Shown here: in pieces, positions 57,275 to 64,000 of the stretch
Numbering within the stretch: the stretch's first letter is position 1
Layout: each line of letters starts with the position of its first letter
NCBI GenBank assembly: GCA_048571215.1
Contig: CP182352.1
Coordinates: 1,216,001-1,280,000, forward strand
Length of the DNA: 64,000 nucleotides
Direction: 5' to 3'
Origin: Halarcobacter sp.
Lineage (GTDB): Bacteria > Campylobacterota > Campylobacteria > Campylobacterales > Arcobacteraceae
The notes under the pieces: model-generated
What the model was told of the DNA's origin: nothing
The model's input: only the letters and a program-made list of their open reading frames with translations
Database searches by the model: none
Made by a program: the position numbers and the translations under genes

Positions 57275-57985
57275 TTAATTATGTGAGTTAATGCTTGTTT
57301 TATTTGGGTTTGTTAAATGCTTATAACCCGTATATGATGTATAGATTCCAAATATTATAACTAATATTGAAGCTATTGTTACAAACAAATTTCTAAGGGC
57401 AATTTGTTTAAATATTCCAATAAAAAAACCTAATGAAAACAATGCAGGTAGAGTACTAAGTCCAAAAATAAGCATTACAAAAGCTCCCCAAAGTGGATTA
57501 CCTGTACTAGCTGCTGTTATTGCAAAAACATATACAAAACCACATGGTAAAAGACCATTTAACATTCCTAGAAGATAAAAGCTTGTAAGGGTATCTGAAC
57601 CAATTAATGACCTAAATGTCTTTTGATAAATTTTAGATTTTGATACAGAGTGTTCAATAGTTGTCAAAAATTTTAATTTTCCACTTAATGATAGTCCAAC
57701 TAGAATCATTAGTATTCCAGTGATTAAAAGTAAAACTCCATTAGCAGTATTATTAAAAGTTACTACACTTCCCGCAAAACCAAAAATAAATCCTAGAATT
57801 ACATAGGTTGTGATTCTTCCTATAGAATAAAGTATATGGGAAATAGATTGTTTAGATTTAGACCAAGTGGTGTTTATTTTAGTACTTGAATAAGCAACAA
57901 CTATACCTCCACACATCCCTATACAGTGACCAAATGAACCTAAAAAAGCTATTGTTATAATTGTGAGAATACTTATGTTTTCCAT
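57275..57985 (-). CDS. DsbD_2/UreH-like (TauE-related) membrane protein
   Basis: GHCIGMCGG and NGLLPCGFVY. Confidence 0.85.
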   Translation of the reverse strand: MENISILTIITIAFLGSFGHCIGMCGGIVVAYSSTKINTTWSKSKQSISHILYSIGRITTYVILGFIFGFAGSVVTFNNTANGVLLLITGILMILVGLSLSGKLKFLTTIEHSVSKSKIYQKTFRSLIGSDTLTSFYLLGMLNGLLPCGFVYVFAITAASTGNPLWGAFVMLIFGLSTLPALFSLGFFIGIFKQIALRNLFVTIASILVIIFGIYTSYTGYKHLTNPNKTSINSHN

Positions 57986-58088
57986 TATTTACCTAATATT
58001 TATTTGCAATATTAATTTGTTAAGTAGTTTTAACAATAAAATCTAGTAATCATATATGAATTAACTTGATATTCTTATAAAATAAAAA

Positions 58089-58112
58089 AGCTCCACTTAA
58101 ATAAGTGAAGCT
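58089..58112 (-). terminator. Intrinsic terminator ending the ect-ask transcript
   Basis: AGCT(C)CACTTA-AA-TAAGTG(A)AGCT hairpin followed by T6 on the minus strand. Confidence 0.6.
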
Positions 58113-58207
58113 ATATTAATAATATATAAATTTTAAAATTGAAAATTAAAGAATTTAGTAGTAGGAGTTTTTAATTTTCTTTGTAGGGAAAGTATATGTA
58201 TAAAATG

Positions 58208-58432
58208 TTAATTATCTGTTAAGTTTAAATTATTTGGTAAAATTATAGTGAAATTTGCACCTTGATATTTATTTTCTTCGTAATTAAACTCTTTGTTATT
58301 AACATTAATTTTACCATTCATATGTCTTTCAATTATTACTTTTGTCATATAAAGTCCTATACCCGTACCTTTTTTACCTTTTGTTATAAAATAAGGTTCA
58401 AAAATTTTATCTTTAATTTTTTCATTTAATGC
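58208..58432 (-). pseudogene. C-terminal remnant of a sensor histidine kinase (HATPase_c)
   Basis: Manual translation: [44 protein letters not shown]...GANFTIILP...stop; preceded by an in-frame stop at the ask end. Confidence 0.85.
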
Positions 58433-59796
58433 TTAACTAATAGTTCTTTATATAATGTTTTTAGTGCAATATCTGCAATATTTTGTGTTACACCTATATG
58501 AAAAGAGATTTTTGATGGACTTATATCAAACATTTCAAAAAAGATATTATTCTCTTTTAGTGCATTTATTGCATCAGCTATAGCAAAAGTATTTTCTTTT
58601 AATCCAATACCAACTAAAGTGATAACAGATAGATTATATGTTACATTAATATTATCTGTATTAAGCCTTTTCTCAATTTGTCTTCTAAGATTGTTTATAT
58701 TACCTTTTAAGTCTTCTTGATCTACTAAAATAGCTATATCATCTTTATCTGTTGGATAATGATAAGTATTTATACCAACCTCACTAAATATTTTTAAAAG
58801 TTCTGCTGTAAAACCTATCTCATCAGCTAACATATCTTTTTGTAAATGAATTGATGCCATATTATCAAGTTTTGCTATTCCTACTAAATCTTCCATAGGA
58901 ACTCTTTCACTTAGAATAATAGTACCATCATGTCCTGGATTATTTGTATTTTTGATATTAATAGGTATTTTCCCTTTTTTACAATTTAACATAGCATTAA
59001 AGTGAAATACATTAAAACCTTTTGAACTTAAAAGTCTTAACTCTTTAAAGGTTAGTCTAGGAATTACATTTGCATCAGATATCACTCTTGGATCTACTTC
59101 ATATACCCCATTTGTATCTGTCCAATTTTCATATACGTCTGCATCAAGAGCATAAGCTAATTCACCACCTGTCAGGTCTGAACCACCCCTACTCATAACA
59201 GCAATATCTTTATTTTTTGTTACTCCATAAAATCCTGGTACCAAATATATCTCATCTTTTTCAAAGGTTAAATTGTTTTTTATATTTTTGTAGGTTTCAT
59301 ATTTTACTTTTCCATCACAATAATCTTCACTTAAAGTAAATCCAAAGTCCTCAGGTAACATAAGTTTTATATTCAAACCTTGTGATTTAAAATATTCTGT
59401 TATTAGTTTTGCATTATAGTGTTCACCTCTTGAAAGAAAATATGCCTCTTTCTTCTCATCTACTGTAAATGTTTTTTCTAAATCTTTTTTTAGAGAATCT
59501 ACAATATCTTTTTTATTTATATTTAATTCATCACATAATTTTTCATATTTTTTAATAATTACTTCAAATGAATTTTCAGGTTCTATATCTATTTTTTGTT
59601 CTAAAAAATGTTTTCCCTTTGTAGCTAAGTTTAATAGATGATCTGTAATCTTTTCATTATACTTTTCATCTCTACCTGGTGCAGATACTACAATAACTCT
59701 TCTATCTTTATCTGCTTTAACAATATTTAATACTTTTGTTATTTGAAGGGGATCTTTTACTGAACTTCCCCCAAATTTACATACTTTTATTCCCAT
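58426..59796 (-). CDS. ask: Aspartate kinase associated with the ect genes
   Basis: KFGGSS, VVSAPG, SRGE, SRGGSD and DPR; two ACT-like domains. Confidence 0.93.
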   Translation of the reverse strand: MGIKVCKFGGSSVKDPLQITKVLNIVKADKDRRVIVVSAPGRDEKYNEKITDHLLNLATKGKHFLEQKIDIEPENSFEVIIKKYEKLCDELNINKKDIVDSLKKDLEKTFTVDEKKEAYFLSRGEHYNAKLITEYFKSQGLNIKLMLPEDFGFTLSEDYCDGKVKYETYKNIKNNLTFEKDEIYLVPGFYGVTKNKDIAVMSRGGSDLTGGELAYALDADVYENWTDTNGVYEVDPRVISDANVIPRLTFKELRLLSSKGFNVFHFNAMLNCKKGKIPINIKNTNNPGHDGTIILSERVPMEDLVGIAKLDNMASIHLQKDMLADEIGFTAELLKIFSEVGINTYHYPTDKDDIAILVDQEDLKGNINNLRRQIEKRLNTDNINVTYNLSVITLVGIGLKENTFAIADAINALKENNIFFEMFDISPSKISFHIGVTQNIADIALKTLYKELLVKH

Positions 59797-59837
59797 GTTT
59801 TATTTACCCTATTTTTTATTTATTGCTGTGAAGTTTT

Positions 59838-59948
59838 CTAAACACAAAAACTCTTCTGTATTTTAGATATGCCAAAAGATTCTACAGGTTTATTTTCTAC
59901 TGATTTAAATACAAAAAATGCGTTTATTCTTTGACTGATACAAGCCAT
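59838..59948 (-). CDS. Candidate 36-aa small ORF upstream of ask
   Basis: AAGGAG-N9-ATG; MACISQRINAFFVFKSVENKPVESFGISKIQKSFCV; below the ORF-track cutoff. Confidence 0.4.
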   Translation of the reverse strand: MACISQRINAFFVFKSVENKPVESFGISKIQKSFCV

Positions 59949-59975
59949 TCCTGTTTGCTCCTTCATTTTTTGTAT

Positions 59976-60620
59976 TTAATTTGGTATAACCTTGTATCCC
60001 CTATGTCTTACTGTTTCTATAAAGTTTTCATTAAACTCTTTTTTTAGATTGTTTCTTATATTATTTATATTTACTTCAATAACATTATCTGATACCATCT
60101 CTGGTTCCTCCCATATTGCATGTAAAAGTTCATCTTTTGAGATTGGAGGACGGTGCTTGTTTTTAATCAAATAACTTAAAATAGCAAATGATTTACCTTT
60201 TAAATATACTTTTGATTGATCATCATTAAATGATTTTTCTTCAGTATTAATACTATATCTATCTTTAAAGGGTATCTCTTTTTTAAAATTTTCTCTATGT
60301 GTAGATTCTATTTTTGCTAATATAAATTCATTGCTTACAGGCTCTTTTAGAATACTAAGAGCGCCAAGTTTGAGTAGTTCTAACTCAAACTCTTTACTGC
60401 TATTGTCTGTTATAATTATTACAGCAGTAACTTGGCTGTTTACCCCTTTTAGTATATCTTTACATGCAAAGAAGTTGTTCTCTTTTATAAGAATCAGATT
60501 ATAGTATCTAACTTCACTATGATAAGCTGCATCTTCTAAATCTTCTGCAATATCAGTTATATAGATATCTTCCATATAAGTAGTTAAGTTTTCATCTATA
60601 TTATAAGAAAGTAATCTCAT
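59976..60620 (-). CDS. Atypical OmpR-family regulator, HsrA(HP1043)/CosR-like
   Basis: TDIAEDLEDAAYHSEVRYYNLILIK (Lys at the phospho-Asp position); IWEEPEMVSDNVIEVNI...IETVRHRGY. Confidence 0.8.
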   Translation of the reverse strand: MRLLSYNIDENLTTYMEDIYITDIAEDLEDAAYHSEVRYYNLILIKENNFFACKDILKGVNSQVTAVIIITDNSSKEFELELLKLGALSILKEPVSNEFILAKIESTHRENFKKEIPFKDRYSINTEEKSFNDDQSKVYLKGKSFAILSYLIKNKHRPPISKDELLHAIWEEPEMVSDNVIEVNINNIRNNLKKEFNENFIETVRHRGYKVIPN

Positions 60621-60621
60621 T

Positions 60622-60924
60622 TTATATAGCTACCTTGTTTATTATTTTTTCCTCATTTAAGATGATTAATTCATTTTCTTCAAAAATAAGTTTATCAACA
60701 TATATTGTTTCAATATCTTTATCATCTTCAAAAAACTTATCAATTGCAGTTTTAGCAGTTTCGAAACAGGAGTCTGAACTAAACTCAAGTATTAATGAGT
60801 TATCGTTTAATATAATCTTTTGATTAGTGACTTTAAACTTATCAAATGAGTATATATATTTGATAAATTGATACTTCTTTGCTCTACTGACATTTAGATA
60901 GTTTTTGATATAAATAAATTTCAT
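60622..60924 (-). CDS. Hypothetical protein inside the ect operon
   Basis: 100 aa, with 2-bp and 1-bp gaps to its neighbours. Confidence 0.7.
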   Translation of the reverse strand: MKFIYIKNYLNVSRAKKYQFIKYIYSFDKFKVTNQKIILNDNSLILEFSSDSCFETAKTAIDKFFEDDKDIETIYVDKLIFEENELIILNEEKIINKVAI

Positions 60925-60926
60925 TT

Positions 60927-61322
60927 TTAGTCCTCTAAAGGATATACTCCATTTTCATCATGGTTCTCAGTACCTTTAATTGGTGGGTTAAATACACAAA
61001 TCATTCTCATATCTTCTGTACCACCATATAAGTTATGATCATCATGTTCATTCAGTGCATACATAATTCCATCATGAAGCTCATGAACCTCACCAGTTTT
61101 TAGGTCTTCTATCTTACCATTACCACCTACGCAGTAAACTGCTTCTAAATGGTTTTGATAATGTATATGTGTTTTAGTATTAGCTCTAATAATAGTTTCA
61201 TGGAATGAAAAACCCATTCCGTCACCTTTTAAAAGCATTCTTCTACTAACCCATTGACCATCTTCTGCATGTACTTCTTTTTCTGTTCCTATAATATCTT
61301 TATTAATATCTACTACTATCAT
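60927..61322 (-). CDS. ectC: L-ectoine synthase
   Basis: WVSRR.LLK.DGMGFSFHET, HYQNHLEAVYC and CVFNPP. Confidence 0.97.
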   Translation of the reverse strand: MIVVDINKDIIGTEKEVHAEDGQWVSRRMLLKGDGMGFSFHETIIRANTKTHIHYQNHLEAVYCVGGNGKIEDLKTGEVHELHDGIMYALNEHDDHNLYGGTEDMRMICVFNPPIKGTENHDENGVYPLED

Positions 61323-61324
61323 AA

Positions 61325-62605
61325 TTAAAATTCTCCTGTTAATTTTTCTTTTTTGTCTGCCACTAATTTTGCAATTGCTGAATCAAGTCTATTTAGTCCC
61401 TCTTTTAAGGTTTCTTCATCAATAATCAATGGAGGTAAAAATTTTACAATTTGATCTTCACTACCACAAGTTTCTACTATTAGTTTTTCTTCAAAAGCAT
61501 AACTTGATATTTCACCAGCAACAGAGTTGTCACCTTTGATTTCAAATCCATATGCCATTCCTCTACCACGAACTTCAACATCAAAAGTATCTTTATATTT
61601 ATCAGCAATTTTTTCTAAAGTCTCTTTTAAAATTTTCTCTTTATATTTAACAGCATTTGATAAATCATCATTTTGCCAATATTGTTCAATAGCAACTTTT
61701 GCAGCAACAAATGCTAAGTTATTTCCTCTAAATGTACCTGTATGTTCACCTGGTTTCCATTGGTCTAAGTCTGGTTTTAATAATACAATTGCCATTGGTA
61801 ATCCACCACCAATAGATTTTGAAATAGTTACAATATCAGGATTGATTCCAGCAAATTCAAATGAAAAGAATTCACCAGTTCTTCCATTACCAACTTGAAT
61901 ATCATCAATAATTAATAAAATATCATATTCTCTACAAATTGATTCAAGCTCTTGTAACCACTCTTTACTAGCTACATTAATCCCACCTTCACCTTGTATA
62001 GTCTCAACTATAACAGCGGCAGGAACATCAAGTCCACTACTACTATCTTCTAAAAATTTTCTAAAAATAGTCATTGTATTCATATCACCAAAATATCCAT
62101 CAAATGGCATAAATGATACATTTGATCTACTAATATAACTCTCATCTCTATAATCATTATTACCAGTAACTGATGATGAACCTTGAGTTAAACCATGAAA
62201 ACCGTTTGTAAAAGAAACAACATTACTTCGTCCTTTTACTAATCTTGCTAGTTTAAGTGCAGTCTCTACTGCATTTGTTCCTGTAGGTCCAGTAAATTGT
62301 ATTTTGTAATCTAAATTTCTAGGTACTAATATTGTGTCATTAAATGTTTGTAAAAACTCTTTTTTTGCACTTGTAGCCATATCAAGTCCATGAACAACAC
62401 CATTTTTTTGAATATATTCAATCAATGCTTTACTAATATGTTCATTATTATGTCCATAATTTAATGTTCCTGCACCTGCAAAAAAGTCAACATAATCTTC
62501 CCCTTGCTCATTTGTTAAAATAGCACCCTTTGAGGTTTCAAATATAGTTGGGAAACTTCTAATGTAACCTCTAACTTCTGACTCTAGATTTTCAAATATT
62601 CTCAT
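61325..62605 (-). CDS. ectB: Diaminobutyrate-2-oxoglutarate transaminase
   Basis: ESEVRGY.RSFP, DFFAGAGTLNYGHN and PGEHTGTFRGN. Confidence 0.97.
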   Translation of the reverse strand: MRIFENLESEVRGYIRSFPTIFETSKGAILTNEQGEDYVDFFAGAGTLNYGHNNEHISKALIEYIQKNGVVHGLDMATSAKKEFLQTFNDTILVPRNLDYKIQFTGPTGTNAVETALKLARLVKGRSNVVSFTNGFHGLTQGSSSVTGNNDYRDESYISRSNVSFMPFDGYFGDMNTMTIFRKFLEDSSSGLDVPAAVIVETIQGEGGINVASKEWLQELESICREYDILLIIDDIQVGNGRTGEFFSFEFAGINPDIVTISKSIGGGLPMAIVLLKPDLDQWKPGEHTGTFRGNNLAFVAAKVAIEQYWQNDDLSNAVKYKEKILKETLEKIADKYKDTFDVEVRGRGMAYGFEIKGDNSVAGEISSYAFEEKLIVETCGSEDQIVKFLPPLIIDEETLKEGLNRLDSAIAKLVADKKEKLTGEF

Positions 62606-63106
62606 TTATTTTTCCTTTAATTTAAATGGTCCTATTTCATATAGAACCTCTTCTTCGTGTGAATTGTTAAAATCTTCTTTCTCAAAAAAACTTTTATTAA
62701 TTATCTTGGTTTTTAATTCTTCAGTTAGTTTTTCAAAAACTCTAATTGATGAATTATTACTAGGTGATACAGTTGTATTTATAAACTGTAAATCCAAATT
62801 CTCTTTTCTTTTTATAATATTCATTAAAAGTCTTTTAGCAAGATTATTACCTCTGTATCTTTCATCAACGGCTACTTGCCAAATAAATAGTGTATTTGGT
62901 TTTTGTGGTAATCTATATCCTGAAACAAAACCAATTATCTCATCGCCACTTTGTGCGACTGAGCAGGTATTTTCAAAATGGGTTGATTGTAGTAGATACA
63001 AATACTCTGAGTTTAAATCTAAAACTTTACTATTTTCAACAAGTTTGTAAATTTTTTTACCATCATCCTTCTTAGGATTACGTATTAAAATATCAATTTT
63101 TGACAA
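62606..63106 (-). CDS. ectA: Diaminobutyrate acetyltransferase
   Basis: LDLNSEYLY, FIWQVAV, TTVSPSN and HEEE; TTG start with AAGGAG RBS. Confidence 0.95.
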   Translation of the reverse strand: MSKIDILIRNPKKDDGKKIYKLVENSKVLDLNSEYLYLLQSTHFENTCSVAQSGDEIIGFVSGYRLPQKPNTLFIWQVAVDERYRGNNLAKRLLMNIIKRKENLDLQFINTTVSPSNNSSIRVFEKLTEELKTKIINKSFFEKEDFNNSHEEEVLYEIGPFKLKEK

Positions 63107-63131
63107 CTTGATGCTCCTTTTCTTTATTTAT

Positions 63132-63194
63132 TATGTAATGTATTTACATATAATATGTTAATTTATTACATAAAAGATGTAATAATATAACATA
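63132..63194. promoter_or_regulatory. Three tandem palindromic operator boxes TATGTAA-N5-TTACATA
   Basis: Boxes start at 63132, 63154 and 63176, an exact 22-bp period, with 0, 1 and 2 mismatches to consensus. Confidence 0.7.
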
Positions 63195-63289
63195 GAAAAC
63201 TAATATAAAGCTTAAATAATATTAGTAATTAAAGAAAAGTTATGTAAAAATGAGTATAATTACAACACAATTACAAAAAAAGGAATAAT

Positions 63290-63628
63290 TTGGCACTTTT
63301 AGATAATAATAAAGATGTTTTACCTCTTAGCAGTATTGCAGAATTACTAACAGCAAAGGTAAGAACTTTAAAAATGTATGAAGATAAAGGTTTATTGCCA
63401 TATAAAAAAGAAGCAAAAAAACTATACTCAATAAATGATGTAAAAGTAATCTCATTTGTTCACTATTTAGCAAGTGTAAAAAAAATAAATGCTGTAGGAA
63501 TCAAATATATAATAGAGATGTTAGAAAATAATATGGATGAAAAAAATAAAAGTGAATTTTTGGATTTAGTTGAATCAAAAATGGAAAAACTTTCAGGAAT
63601 CGATGTAAAAGATGTGGAGATAATTTAG
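63290..63628 (+). CDS. MerR-family (HspR/GlnR-like) transcription regulator
   Basis: LSSIAELL...RTLKMYEDKGLL...KLYSINDV...GIKYI MerR HTH; TATAAT at 63255-63260. Confidence 0.85.
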   Translation: MALLDNNKDVLPLSSIAELLTAKVRTLKMYEDKGLLPYKKEAKKLYSINDVKVISFVHYLASVKKINAVGIKYIIEMLENNMDEKNKSEFLDLVESKMEKLSGIDVKDVEII

Positions 63629-64000
63629 TGAAACTTCTTATGTTTGATATGGATGGTACCCTTATAAATAGTGGGACATCTATAAGCAATACAATAAATC
63701 ATGTAAGAGAGAACCTAGGTTTTGAGAAATTAGAAAAAAACTATATATTAGAAAAAGTTAATGACCCAAATATAAACGCTTCACAATTTTTTTATGGTAC
63801 AGCAGATTTCACAAAAGAACAAAAAATCCTTTTTGAGGAACATTACAATAATAGTTGTCTAAATAATTTAGAGCTTTATGATGGGGTTGAAAAACTAATA
63901 GATGATTTAAAATCAGATTTTATATTGACCGTTGCAACCAATGCTAATTCATATTTTGCAAAAAAAATGTTAGACCATTTAGGTATTGGGAAACATTTTA
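63628..64000 (+). CDS. HAD-family hydrolase (phosphoglycolate phosphatase-like), runs off the right edge
   Basis: GTG start overlapping the MerR stop; MKLLMFDMDGTLINSG motif I, LYDGV and VATN motif II. Confidence 0.85.
   Translation, partial: MKLLMFDMDGTLINSGTSISNTINHVRENLGFEKLEKNYILEKVNDPNINASQFFYGTADFTKEQKILFEEHYNNSCLNNLELYDGVEKLIDDLKSDFILTVATNANSYFAKKMLDHLGIGKHF

Noticed and set aside
63132..63194. Mini-CRISPR array or GlnR/NifA boxes
   Set aside because: The 22-bp period leaves only 3-bp gaps, so there are no spacers, and no cas genes are present; the spacing is TGT-N9-ACA, not N10 or N11.
1466..63689. About 30 short ORFs in the track that overlap longer genes (e.g. 1466-1789, 30954-31460, 39388-39711, 61527-61898, 63501-63689)
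   Set aside because: They are antisense or alternate-frame shadows of well-supported genes, with no motifs of their own.

Overview
AT-rich chromosomal window from a Campylobacterota bacterium, most likely a marine or halotolerant member of Arcobacteraceae (inferred from gene content and protein style, not from a search). From left to right it holds: housekeeping genes (partial ftsK, lpxD, ilvIH, ppx, pssA, sulP, trxC, pagL, tudS-like/ttcA); a thiosulfate-oxidation locus (soxCDXYZA, an unknown lipoprotein, a rhodanese, soxB) flanked by accessory sulfur and redox genes (heme-thioredoxin fusion, MOSC, exported DsrE, hydrolase, c-heme sensor kinase, degenerate HD-GYP protein, second rhodanese, moeA); transport and signalling genes; a cobamide salvage and nucleotide-loop cluster (btuBFDC, cobD-cbiB, cobT, cobU, cobQ, cobS, cobC); and an ectoine cluster (ectABC, orf, HsrA/CosR-like regulator, ask) facing a MerR-family gene. 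Best candidates for undescribed biology: (1) an APH-fold kinase and a motif-altered metallophosphoesterase inside the cob operon, possibly new cobamide linker or remodelling enzymes; (2) a HigA-like HTH plus AbiEii nucleotidyltransferase toxin-antitoxin hybrid with two visible operators, inserted between cobU and cobQ; (3) three palindromic boxes phased exactly 22 bp apart between ectA and the MerR gene, plus a non-phosphorylatable regulator inside the ect operon; (4) a structured, uORF-containing btuB leader with no canonical B12 riboswitch; (5) a near-identical palindrome upstream of both soxC and the c-heme kinase. No rRNA, tRNA, CRISPR array or transposase was recognised. All family assignments come from reading motifs by eye; no database search was run.
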